64,000 nt of DNA from Caldisericia bacterium (GTDB taxonomy: Bacteria; Caldisericota; Caldisericia; JAAYUI01). This document shows, piece after piece, positions 1 to 8,933 of the stretch; position 1 is the stretch's first letter; each line of letters opens with the position of its first letter. Under the pieces are notes generated by a model. It was not told the DNA's origin. It saw only the letters and a list, made by a program, of their open reading frames with translations, and did no database searches. Location: NCBI GenBank assembly GCA_963674785.1, contig OY771555.1:608001-672000 (forward strand), written 5' to 3'. The translations under genes were made by a program, and so were the position numbers.

Positions 1-99
1 ATTATTGTTATTATTCCCGTTATCATCACCGCCGCCTCCACAAGAAACAAGTGAGACAGAAAGTGCAATTAAAAGTATAAATACTAATGCTTTTCTCAT
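1..99 (-). CDS. lipoprotein, N-terminal part only (runs off the window)
   Basis: Manual translation MRKALVFILLIALSVSLVSCGGGGDDNGNNNNN; lipobox LVS-C; SD AAGGAG upstream. Confidence 0.8.
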   Translation of the reverse strand, partial: MRKALVFILLIALSVSLVSCGGGGDDNGNNNNN

Positions 100-166
100 G
101 CTTTCTCCTTTCAAGAAATCGCTAGTCAATCACTAATTATAAGATGTTTGATAGTGTTGTCAAACA

Positions 167-700
167 CTAATCTTCCCATCCATTTTTTGGTGCAAGCAAA
201 AAACTATCCATCATTTCTTTAACTTGGTCACCAAGGATGAAATCGTTTTCAGGATATGTTCCTGTCACAAAAATGGCTTTGATATTTCTTGCGTAAAGGT
301 GTTGGATCACGGTAAATGCCTGACCATTATATTCAGCTGAAAATACAAGCTCATATCTCTGTTCTCTCTGTGCCTGTGGGACAAACTGATACTTATCAGA
401 AATTAGAGTATATCCAAGTTCATCAACAGCTTTCTGGGCATAATCAGTTGTAACTTCATCAATTCTTCCCCATGTAATTTTTGCATCGGTCTGAGATTGA
501 ATCTTTAAGTTTGCGGAGGTACCAGTTTCCTCTGGTGAAATAAAGACCTCATAATTAGCAGCATCACCAGTTGTCACACGTTTCCAACCATTGAGGATAC
601 CGATTTTGTAGTCGTCACCTTTTACAGTTGTTGCAAATGGGCTTCCACAAGATGACAAAAAGATGACTGTTATAAGGAAAAAAGGAAAGAGCTTTTTCAT
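167..700 (-). CDS. lipoprotein of unknown function (possibly PsbP/DcrB-like fold)
   Basis: Signal peptide with lipobox LSS-C; SD GAGGAGG; fold is a guess from size and pattern. Confidence 0.7.
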   Translation of the reverse strand: MKKLFPFFLITVIFLSSCGSPFATTVKGDDYKIGILNGWKRVTTGDAANYEVFISPEETGTSANLKIQSQTDAKITWGRIDEVTTDYAQKAVDELGYTLISDKYQFVPQAQREQRYELVFSAEYNGQAFTVIQHLYARNIKAIFVTGTYPENDFILGDQVKEMMDSFLLAPKNGWED

Positions 701-730
701 ATGTCCTCCTCTTAAAAGTGAGATAAAACC

Positions 731-817
731 TGGCAGAAGGTGGGGGATTCGAACCCCCGTGAGCTTTCACCCTCTGCATTTCAAGTGCAGCGCCATAGAC
801 CACTCGGCCAACCTTCT
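731..817 (-). tRNA. tRNA-Ser(TGA)
   Basis: Acceptor AGAAGGT/ACCTTCT, G73, encoded CCA; anticodon arm CTGCA-CTTGAAA-TGCAG; long variable arm; GGTTCGAATCC T-loop. Confidence 0.95.
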
Positions 818-876
818 GGAAAACATCTTATCCAACATTTCCTTGAGTTTCAAGAAATAAATTAATAATAGCGGAC

Positions 877-2745
877 ATGAAGGATTTTGATGTAATAATT
901 GTAGGCGCAGGGCATGCTGGACTTGAAGCAGCGATGGCTTCAAACAGAGCCGGTGCAAGAACTTTGGTTATAACGATTAACACTGATGACATTGCTCATA
1001 TGCCATGTAACCCAGCAATGGGCGGAATGGGCAAATCTCAGGTTATCTCAGAAATACACGCCTTGGGCGGAGTAACGGGTAAAATTTCCGAAGAAACCGC
1101 GACAAGCATAAGGCTTCTAGCAACCTCAAAAGGAAAAGCTGTCCAATCATCAAGAGTTCAGGTTGACAGACACATGTACACTTTGGTTGCAGGTAACAGA
1201 CTTGAGCAGGGTAAAAACATCACAGTTTTGCAAGGCAAGGTTATTAAGCTAACAACTACAAACGATAGTAAAGAAGTTACCGGAGTAATTCTTGAAGATG
1301 GAAGAGAGTTTAAAAGCAAAGCTGTTGTTTTGACATGTGGTACATATCTGAGAGGTAGAGTTCATCTCTCAGAAATCAGTCGGGATGGTGGAAAATGGAG
1401 TGCTGTAGCGGTTGACTCACTTTCTCCACAACTATCTGAACTTGGGCTTAAGGTTGAAAGATTCAATACAGGAACTACACCAAGAGTTGATAGAAGAAGT
1501 CTGGATTATTCAGAGCTTCGAAGACAAGATGGTGATACATTCCCACTTGCTATGGTCTCTGAGCCATACGTATTCAAAAATCAGATTCCAAGCTGGGAAG
1601 GAAGAACAAATCAGCAGACTCAAGATGTCATTAAAAAATACATGCACCTTGCACCATCTGCTCAGGGAAGAATGGTCAAAGTGGGACCTCGAACATGTCC
1701 ATCACTTGAAGAGAAAGTGAAGTGGTTTCCAGACAGAGTAAGTCATACATTCTTCATCGAACCAGAATCCAGATACAGAAACGAAATGTACCTTCAGGGA
1801 TTATATATGAGCATCCCACCCGAGCTTCAACTTGAGGTTTTAAAAACTCTTCCAGGCATGAAAAACGTCATCATGATCAAACCAGGATATGTTATTGATT
1901 ATGATTATGTTGACCCACTTGAACTTGAGATAACTCTTGAGACAAAAAAAATCAAAAACCTTTTCCTCGCAGGACAGATAATCGGAACAACCGGATATGA
2001 TGAGGCAGCTGCAATGGGGTTGATCGCGGGAGCAAATGCTGCACTTTCAGCAACAGGAAACGACCCACTTGAACTAAAAAGAACAGATGGTTATCTGGGT
2101 GTAATGGTTGATGACCTTACACACAAAGGAGTAACCGAACCATACAGAATCACACCATCTCATGTAGATACAAGACTTTCAAATCGCGGTGACAATGCCA
2201 TTTTCAGGCTTGGTCCAATTGCCAGAAAACTTGGACTTCTGTCAAAAGAACGAAGTGAAGAATTCCTTCAAATAGAAAAAGATAGAGAAGAGTTTTACAA
2301 GATCATTGAACAGTATCGATACACCCCAAGTAAGAGTACAAATGAGTTTTTGACCTCAATTGGAATTGGAGTTCTTGACGTACCAACAACACTTGAACAA
2401 TTGATCAGAAGGCCAGAAATGACAATGACGCACATGCACATTCTGGCGCCTGAAATCAAAAATCTTTCTTTCCGAGCAACTCATAGTGCAATGATCGATG
2501 TCTCATATGATTCATATTTAAAAAGAGAAGCTACTATAGTCAGAAACATCAACCGTTGGGAGAATCTCAAACTTCCAGAGGATTTGGATTACAAAAATAT
2601 CGATACACTTTCTACGCTCGCAAGGGAAAGATTAACTGCAGTTCGACCAAAAACTTTGGGTTCAGCGATGAGAGTTGATGGCGTAAAATTCTCTGATATT
2701 GAGGCTTTGACACAATATGTTTCACGTGAAACATCCAAGCAATAA
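877..2745 (+). CDS. mnmG: tRNA U34 5-carboxymethylaminomethyl modification enzyme MnmG/GidA
   Basis: GAGHAG FAD motif, CNPAMGG, TGTTPR, GPRTCPSLEEK, LAGQIIGTTGYDEAAA; 622 aa. Confidence 0.95.
   Translation: MKDFDVIIVGAGHAGLEAAMASNRAGARTLVITINTDDIAHMPCNPAMGGMGKSQVISEIHALGGVTGKISEETATSIRLLATSKGKAVQSSRVQVDRHMYTLVAGNRLEQGKNITVLQGKVIKLTTTNDSKEVTGVILEDGREFKSKAVVLTCGTYLRGRVHLSEISRDGGKWSAVAVDSLSPQLSELGLKVERFNTGTTPRVDRRSLDYSELRRQDGDTFPLAMVSEPYVFKNQIPSWEGRTNQQTQDVIKKYMHLAPSAQGRMVKVGPRTCPSLEEKVKWFPDRVSHTFFIEPESRYRNEMYLQGLYMSIPPELQLEVLKTLPGMKNVIMIKPGYVIDYDYVDPLELEITLETKKIKNLFLAGQIIGTTGYDEAAAMGLIAGANAALSATGNDPLELKRTDGYLGVMVDDLTHKGVTEPYRITPSHVDTRLSNRGDNAIFRLGPIARKLGLLSKERSEEFLQIEKDREEFYKIIEQYRYTPSKSTNEFLTSIGIGVLDVPTTLEQLIRRPEMTMTHMHILAPEIKNLSFRATHSAMIDVSYDSYLKREATIVRNINRWENLKLPEDLDYKNIDTLSTLARERLTAVRPKTLGSAMRVDGVKFSDIEALTQYVSRETSKQ
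2718..2733. promoter_or_regulatory. parS site
   Basis: Perfect palindrome TGTTTCACGTGAAACA matching the parS consensus; parAB present in the window. Confidence 0.9.
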
Positions 2746-2822
2746 CTCAGAACTAAAACTTACAAAATAATTGATTCTTAAGCAATATTGGCTATGATTC
2801 TTTATCATCTAGGAGGTGAATC

Positions 2823-3236
2823 TTGTCAATAGGAATTGATGAACTTAAGTCAGCGGTAAACTTAATGGAAGAGGCAATTGCAAGCTCTGCAGATAAGATT
2901 CCAAATCGTCCAAATATCGATCCAATTCCAAGAGTTTTGCGAGCAGGTGTTATAAAGATATTTGAAAACACTTTTGACATGGCATCTACATTCATTACCG
3001 AATGGCTGAAAGAAAACACTCTTGTAAATGAGTTCAGATTGCTCACATCAAAAGATATTTTTTACTTTGCAGATCAGTCGAATCTCATCAGTCATCCCAA
3101 TTATTGGAACAAATTTTTTGAGTATAGAAAAATCAGCTCGAAATCATTCAATCAAAATAATGCGGCACAGATTTATAAAATCGCTTTGGAGTTTTTTCCT
3201 GAAGTGAAAAGTATGCTCTCAAAGGTGCAATCATAG
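2823..3236 (+). CDS. HI0074-family HEPN (nucleotidyltransferase substrate-binding) protein, degenerate active site
   Basis: LRAGVIKIFENTFD motif; clear paralogue of the next gene; RKISSK in place of RxxxxH. Confidence 0.75.
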   Translation: MSIGIDELKSAVNLMEEAIASSADKIPNRPNIDPIPRVLRAGVIKIFENTFDMASTFITEWLKENTLVNEFRLLTSKDIFYFADQSNLISHPNYWNKFFEYRKISSKSFNQNNAAQIYKIALEFFPEVKSMLSKVQS

Positions 3237-3281
3237 ATTGAATAATTTTGCCGAAAAACTAGAATAGTATTGAGGTGAAAA

Positions 3282-3701
3282 ATGGGTCTAAGCCTATCAA
3301 AAATTGAAGATGCGATATTATCACTCAAAGAGATAATTGACTATTCAAAAGATAAGATCAACGAGAGGGATTTGGACATACTGGGGAAAGGACTTCGATC
3401 AGCGGTTATCCACAGTTTTGAATACACATATGAACGTACAATTCTGACCCTAAGAAGATGGTTAGACGAAAACTACTTTAGAGGGAAAAGTGCCGGTACA
3501 TCAAAAATGGAAATACTTAAGCTGTCACTAAGGGAAGAACTGATAGACGACTTAGAGGCTTGGGTTGAATTTGGAAAAGCTAGAAACCTCTCATCTCACA
3601 CATACAATGAGAATAATGCATCCTACGTTTACAATGTCGCGTTAACATTTCTTCCACGTGCAACATACACACTCGGAAAATTGAAAGAGTCAAATGATTA
3701 A
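3282..3701 (+). CDS. HI0074-family HEPN RNase toxin
   Basis: LRSAVIHSFEYTYE and intact RNLSSHTY (RX4HXY) motif. Confidence 0.85.
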   Translation: MGLSLSKIEDAILSLKEIIDYSKDKINERDLDILGKGLRSAVIHSFEYTYERTILTLRRWLDENYFRGKSAGTSKMEILKLSLREELIDDLEAWVEFGKARNLSSHTYNENNASYVYNVALTFLPRATYTLGKLKESND

Positions 3702-3987
3702 TCTTCAAAACAAATATTTGCTAGAAATAGAAAAAACAATCAGGAAACATTTTCCAAGATGTAGAATATTGGTTTTTGGATCAAGGTTATCAAAAATTCA
3801 TAAAAAATATTCAGATATTGACATATCGATAGATTGTGCGAAAAAAATAGATACATCAAAACTGCTTGATCTAAAAGATGAACTTATGGAATCAATGATT
3901 CCGATCATCGTCGACATATGCGATTTCAACTCAGTCTCAGAAGAGTTCAGAAAAATAATTCTAGAAAATTACGAAATCCTCGACTAA
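3694..3987 (+). CDS. minimal nucleotidyltransferase (MNT) antitoxin
   Basis: FGSR-x8-SDID motif, 97 aa, overlaps the HEPN stop. Confidence 0.88.
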   Translation: MINLQNKYLLEIEKTIRKHFPRCRILVFGSRLSKIHKKYSDIDISIDCAKKIDTSKLLDLKDELMESMIPIIVDICDFNSVSEEFRKIILENYEILD

Positions 3988-4171
3988 AATTAAACATATA
4001 TAGCAATCAAATCATACATATATTTTTGTCAATAGCAAAATAATGCTGAACAGCAAAGGGTCTTTAAAACACAGATTTTTCAATCGAAAAAAACAAGCTA
4101 ACTTTTAAAGGGTCTTGAATCTACCAAACTCTTTTTTAAAATCTGACGTGATCCAAATTGAGGTGGTGGGT

Positions 4172-5206
4172 ATGAAGCAATTCGTATTTCAGAAATCAAG
4201 GGTGAAGGAACTCCTTTCAAACTTGATATCCAATTATCCAAATGTTTATGCGCCCGTTGCGCGTGGTAACAGCCATGTTTTCGACAGGATAACTGATCCG
4301 GCAAAAGCTGAATTCAACTATGTCAGATCGATTCTTCCTCCAAAAAAATACCTGATGCCACAGCATGAGAGTCTTGTTTCCTTCAAGCTTGGGGAGAACA
4401 CTGAATTCTCCGAAGTTATTGAAGCCCCAAAACAGGTTATCGTGGGTGTAAGACCGAGTGACGTCAGAGCAATCAAATTGCTCGACGACGTGATGATTTC
4501 GAATAATTGCGACAAAAACTACAAAGCACGTCGCGATAACACAATCATCATCGGTATCGACGGTATTCCTGATGAATACAGCTATGAAGACTCCGTGATG
4601 GATCTTCATGTCACGGAAGGGTTTGACCTTTTTCTGACAGACCTTGGAAATGTTGTTCTTGTTGATGTAGCAACGGATGAGGGAATGAACATTCTCAAAT
4701 CAATTGAACACGAAGAAGCAACAAGTGAACACATTGCAATGAGAGTACAGACCATCAAGTCCCAAAAAGAGATGTTCAAAGCAAAATTTGACATCCCAGT
4801 AAAATTGATTCCACTCACACTTGAGGGAAAATGGGATCATCCAGTTTGGGAAAAAATGGGCAAAAAATGTCTCTCATGTGGACAGTGTATTCTTGTCTGC
4901 CCAACATGTTACTGCTTCAACGTTACAGATGACATGGCTCTTTCAATGAAGGAAGGCACAAGAACCCGTCATTGGGACGGTTGTCAGCTTTCAGAATTCA
5001 CAATGGTAGGTCATGGTGAAAACTTCAGAGACGACGCAGGCGCGAGAGTAAGACATCGTTTCTACAGAAAATTCAAATATCACATCGACTCATTCTCAGA
5101 GATATTCTGCACAGGTTGTGGTCGTTGCTGGCAGACATGTCCAGCAGACATCAATCTTGTAGAGATTGCAAACATACTAGCAAACGAGGAGGTGGAGTGT
5201 GCCTAA
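4172..5206 (+). CDS. group 3b [NiFe] hydrogenase (sulfhydrogenase) beta subunit, 4Fe-4S dicluster protein
   Basis: CLSCGQCILVCPTCYCF, WDGC and CTGCGRCWQTCP motifs; ATG at 4172 follows SD GAGGTGG (preferred over TTG 4115). Confidence 0.88.
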   Translation: MKQFVFQKSRVKELLSNLISNYPNVYAPVARGNSHVFDRITDPAKAEFNYVRSILPPKKYLMPQHESLVSFKLGENTEFSEVIEAPKQVIVGVRPSDVRAIKLLDDVMISNNCDKNYKARRDNTIIIGIDGIPDEYSYEDSVMDLHVTEGFDLFLTDLGNVVLVDVATDEGMNILKSIEHEEATSEHIAMRVQTIKSQKEMFKAKFDIPVKLIPLTLEGKWDHPVWEKMGKKCLSCGQCILVCPTCYCFNVTDDMALSMKEGTRTRHWDGCQLSEFTMVGHGENFRDDAGARVRHRFYRKFKYHIDSFSEIFCTGCGRCWQTCPADINLVEIANILANEEVECA

Positions 5207-6026
5207 TATTACAGAAAACTCCTACGTCCCTTTAATTTCCAAAATTAAGGATGTACAAACACTTACACCAACAGAGAAAATCTTCGAAATTGAACTTCCA
5301 GATGGAAAGAAACTAAACCATGACCCAGGTCAGTTTGTTCAGCTTCTCATCCCTGGAATCGGTGAAGCACCAATCTCAATCTGCTCATCACCAACTGACA
5401 AAAACTTTTTCCTAACGATCAGAAAAGTTGGAGATGTCACAACAGCAGTCCACAACATGAAAGCTGGAGATATTGTTGGAATCCGTGGTTCATTTGGATG
5501 GGGATTCCCTGTTGAAAAGATGAAAGGACAAAACGTTCTTATCGTCGCCGGTGGAATCGGACTTGCTCCACTTCGTTCAGTTATAAGATATATTCTTGCA
5601 AACCGTGATGATTACAAGGATTTCACAATCCTCCACGGTGCAAGAACACCAACTGATAGGCTCTTCAAAGAGGAACTTGACTCCTGGATGAACAACCCAA
5701 GAATCAATCTTCTTGAAACTGTTGACCATGGAGACGACAGCTGGAAGGGCAACACAGGCGTTATCACAACACTGTTCAAACACATCACTGTTGACCCAGA
5801 AAACACATATGCACTCGTTTGTGGCCCTCCTGTAATGTATAAGTTTGTCATTCTTGAATGTCAGGGAAAAGGTATCCCAGACGGAAAAATCCTTGTCTCA
5901 CTTGAAAGACATATGAAATGTGGTCTCGGAAAATGTGGACACTGCCAGATCAATGGGTTATACACCTGCCAGCAGGGTCCAGTATTCTCCTACACTCAGG
6001 TCAAAAACCTTGAGGAGGCATTATGA
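5199..6026 (+). CDS. group 3b hydrogenase gamma subunit (FAD/NAD(P)-binding, 2Fe-2S)
   Basis: PGQF, AGGIGLAP, VCGPPVM, MKCGLGKCGHC motifs. Confidence 0.9.
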   Translation: MPNITENSYVPLISKIKDVQTLTPTEKIFEIELPDGKKLNHDPGQFVQLLIPGIGEAPISICSSPTDKNFFLTIRKVGDVTTAVHNMKAGDIVGIRGSFGWGFPVEKMKGQNVLIVAGGIGLAPLRSVIRYILANRDDYKDFTILHGARTPTDRLFKEELDSWMNNPRINLLETVDHGDDSWKGNTGVITTLFKHITVDPENTYALVCGPPVMYKFVILECQGKGIPDGKILVSLERHMKCGLGKCGHCQINGLYTCQQGPVFSYTQVKNLEEAL

Positions 6027-6766
6027 GCAAACCACGCATAGCATTTTTTGACTTTGCATCCTGTGAAGGTTGCCAACTCGAAGCAATCAACTTTGTCGAT
6101 GAGTTCCTTGCACTTCTTGGTCATGTCGACATTGTACAGTTCAGAGAAGCAATGACTGAGGCAGAATGGGACATCGATGTAGCTTTTGTTGAAGGTTCAA
6201 TCACGAGAGAACAGGACATCGCAAGACTCGAAAAGATAAGAGAAAACTCAAAGGTTGTCATCGCTCTTGGTGCGTGTGCATGTACCGGTGGTGTCAACGC
6301 AATCAAAAACACTCGTCCACTTGAAGATGTCAGAACCGATGTCTACGGAGACAAAAAAGATTGGTATCCAACTTTCCCAACTCGTCCAATCGACCAGGTT
6401 GTAAAAGTTGATGGGTACATCTACGGTTGCCCAATCGACAGAAACGACTTCCTAAAAAATGTACAGCTCATTCTCCAGGGCAAAAAAACACTCAGCCACA
6501 ATGACCCCGTCTGTGTTGAGTGCAGACTCAAAGAGAATGAATGTCTTTTATCAAAAGGAATCCCATGTGTCGGCCCAATCACAAGAGGTGGCTGCGGAGC
6601 AATCGACCCAACATACGGCTCAAGCTGCACAGGTTGCCGTGGTTTTGTTGATGAACCCAACAAAAACGGTGCAATGGATGTCCTTGAGAAACACGGTCTG
6701 ACAGTTGATGACATCAAGTCATACATGACTATTTTCAACTCCTTCAAACCGGAGGATATAAAATGA
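6023..6766 (+). CDS. group 3b hydrogenase delta (small) subunit
   Basis: SCEGC, VEGS, GACA, GCP proximal-cluster motifs plus C-terminal Cys clusters. Confidence 0.9.
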   Translation: MSKPRIAFFDFASCEGCQLEAINFVDEFLALLGHVDIVQFREAMTEAEWDIDVAFVEGSITREQDIARLEKIRENSKVVIALGACACTGGVNAIKNTRPLEDVRTDVYGDKKDWYPTFPTRPIDQVVKVDGYIYGCPIDRNDFLKNVQLILQGKKTLSHNDPVCVECRLKENECLLSKGIPCVGPITRGGCGAIDPTYGSSCTGCRGFVDEPNKNGAMDVLEKHGLTVDDIKSYMTIFNSFKPEDIK

Positions 6767-8067
6767 GCAAAAATATAGATTTACACGTCCATCACGTAAC
6801 CAGAGTCGAAGGTCACGGAGATGTACTCCTTAATGTAAAAGATGGCAAAGTTGAGCATGTTTCACTGAATATAGTTGAAGCACCAAGATTCTTCGAGGGA
6901 ATGCTCAAAGGAAGAGCACACTACGAAGTAAGAGAGATCGTCTCACGTATCTGTGGTATCTGTGCTTGTGGACACGCCCTTGCATCAATCCGTGCATCAG
7001 AGGCAGCACTTGGAGTTGAACCAAGTGAGCAGGTTGTTGACCTAAGAAAAATGGTACTCCACGGTGAAAACCTCTCATCCCATTTCCTTCACATCTTCTT
7101 CCTGGTTGCACCTGACCTCTTTGGTGTCAAATCAGTGATTCCGCTTGCAACATCACACACAGACCTCGTCGTTCGTGCACTCAAGCTCAAAAAGCTTGGT
7201 AACAGAGTTTCAGATGTAATCGTTGGAAGACACACACATCCAATCGCAATGCATATAAAGGGTTTCACAAAACTTCCTGAGAAAGCAGAACTTCTTGATG
7301 TCCAGAAACAGCTTCGCGAAGCACTTCCAGAGGTTGAAGACACAGTTGATCTTATCGCAAGCATCGCAGATAAGATTCCAAACTTCATCCGTGAAACAGA
7401 ATATGTTTCGCTAGGTCCAATCGACGGAAGCACAGAATATCCATTCTACGATGGTGTCATCAAATCATCTGAAGGAATCACCTACTATCCAGAGGACTAT
7501 CAGAAGGTAACAAACGAATTCTGTACTCCAGCATCAACCGCAAAGCACACAAAACACAAACGTGAATCATACATGGTTGGAGCACTTGCAAGATTCAACA
7601 ACAACTACGATCTTCTCAGACCAGAAGCAAAAGCAGCCGCAGAAAAACTTGGTATCAAAGCACCTTGCCATAATCCTTACATGATCACAGTTGCACAGCT
7701 TGTTGAAACCATCCATATCATGCACGATGCAATCGAGCTTATCGACAAGATCGTAAAAAGAGGAATCAAACAAGAAGACTACTCCTATCAGCCAAAAGCA
7801 GGAACAGGTGCTGGTGCTGTAGAAGTCCCAAGAGGTATACTTTTCCACAATTACACGTATAATACAAGTGGAAGAGTTGAGCAGGCAGATTGCGTCATCC
7901 CAACAACCCAGAATCTTGAAAACATCGACCAGGACTTCAGAAAAATCGCACCAACAATCCTCGATAAAGAAGAGGAAGAGATTTCTCTTTTACTTCAGAT
8001 GTTGGTCAGAGCATACGATCCATGTATCTCATGCTCAACACATCAGCTTAATGTGAGGTTTAAATAA
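6763..8067 (+). CDS. group 3b [NiFe] hydrogenase alpha (large) subunit
   Basis: TRVEGHG, L1 SRICGICACGH, EVPRG, L2 RAYDPCISCSTH plus short cleavable tail QLNVRFK. Confidence 0.95.
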   Translation: MSKNIDLHVHHVTRVEGHGDVLLNVKDGKVEHVSLNIVEAPRFFEGMLKGRAHYEVREIVSRICGICACGHALASIRASEAALGVEPSEQVVDLRKMVLHGENLSSHFLHIFFLVAPDLFGVKSVIPLATSHTDLVVRALKLKKLGNRVSDVIVGRHTHPIAMHIKGFTKLPEKAELLDVQKQLREALPEVEDTVDLIASIADKIPNFIRETEYVSLGPIDGSTEYPFYDGVIKSSEGITYYPEDYQKVTNEFCTPASTAKHTKHKRESYMVGALARFNNNYDLLRPEAKAAAEKLGIKAPCHNPYMITVAQLVETIHIMHDAIELIDKIVKRGIKQEDYSYQPKAGTGAGAVEVPRGILFHNYTYNTSGRVEQADCVIPTTQNLENIDQDFRKIAPTILDKEEEEISLLLQMLVRAYDPCISCSTHQLNVRFK

Positions 8068-8535
8068 GTGGGACTTCTTGTTGTTGGACTTGGAAACATC
8101 TTGCTTCAAGATGAGGGCGTAGGGGTTCACGTTGTGAATTCTCTTCGCAAGAAACCTCTACCATCGGGAGTTGAACTGATGGACGGAGCAACAATGGGTG
8201 TGGATTTATTAAATGACATCCTTGAATCAGACAAGGTGATAATTGTTGATTCAGCCCAAATGGGGCTTGCAGCAGGAGAGATTAGAACATTTGGTATATC
8301 TGACATCGATGAAAAAGAGTTTCCAAACTACTCACTGCATGACCTTTCTTTTGCAGAGACAATCGCACTTGGTGGAATAGTTTCCAATCTTCCACCAATC
8401 CTAATAATTGGGATTCAGCCTGAGAGCATCGAACCAGGTGATGAACTCACAGAAAACCTAAAAAAGAACTTCAGTGGATACGTAGATCATGTCTACGACA
8501 CAATACTTGATTTCAATGAGGAGGCCATAAATTGA
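8068..8535 (+). CDS. hydrogenase maturation protease
   Basis: GLGNILLQDEGVG, DG, IVDS, SLH motifs; follows the large subunit. Confidence 0.92.
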   Translation: MGLLVVGLGNILLQDEGVGVHVVNSLRKKPLPSGVELMDGATMGVDLLNDILESDKVIIVDSAQMGLAAGEIRTFGISDIDEKEFPNYSLHDLSFAETIALGGIVSNLPPILIIGIQPESIEPGDELTENLKKNFSGYVDHVYDTILDFNEEAIN

Positions 8536-8933
8536 GCAAAAAGATAATGATTATTGACGATGATGTTGATGTGGTAGAGGCAATGAAGATCGCTCTCGAA
8601 TCCGTTGGTTATGAAATCGAATACGCTCACGACACCGAAGATGGATTTGAGAAACTTCTGAAGTTTAAACCCAATCTTCTCATCCTTGATGTCATGATGA
8701 ACACAGACACAGAAGGCTTCAACGCAGCTTGGGATATCAGAAGCAGCGACAAAGATAGCCGTTTCATTGAATTCAAAGACATGCCAATCCTTATGATCTC
8801 TGCAGTCTCAGCTGAAAAGAAAATGAGCTTTGATCCGAAAAAAGACAAAGAATTTCTTCCAGTTTCAGACTTTGTCGAAAAACCAATAGCACCAAAGGTA
8901 CTCATAGAAAAGGTTAGGGAACTCATAGGTTGA
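8532..8933 (+). CDS. single-domain response regulator (REC)
   Basis: IIDDD, LILDVMM phospho-Asp, ISA, VEKP; no output domain. Confidence 0.9.
   Translation: MSKKIMIIDDDVDVVEAMKIALESVGYEIEYAHDTEDGFEKLLKFKPNLLILDVMMNTDTEGFNAAWDIRSSDKDSRFIEFKDMPILMISAVSAEKKMSFDPKKDKEFLPVSDFVEKPIAPKVLIEKVRELIG

Noticed and set aside
731-817. Possible selenocysteine tRNA (TCA/TGA triplet, long arm, near a hydrogenase)
   Set aside because: The anticodon reads TGA (Ser) on the coding strand, the acceptor stem is 7 bp, and the hydrogenase L2 motif has Cys rather than an in-frame TGA
615-958. Short ORFs 615..803, 663..860 and 767..958
   Set aside because: They overlap the tRNA and mnmG; shadow ORFs
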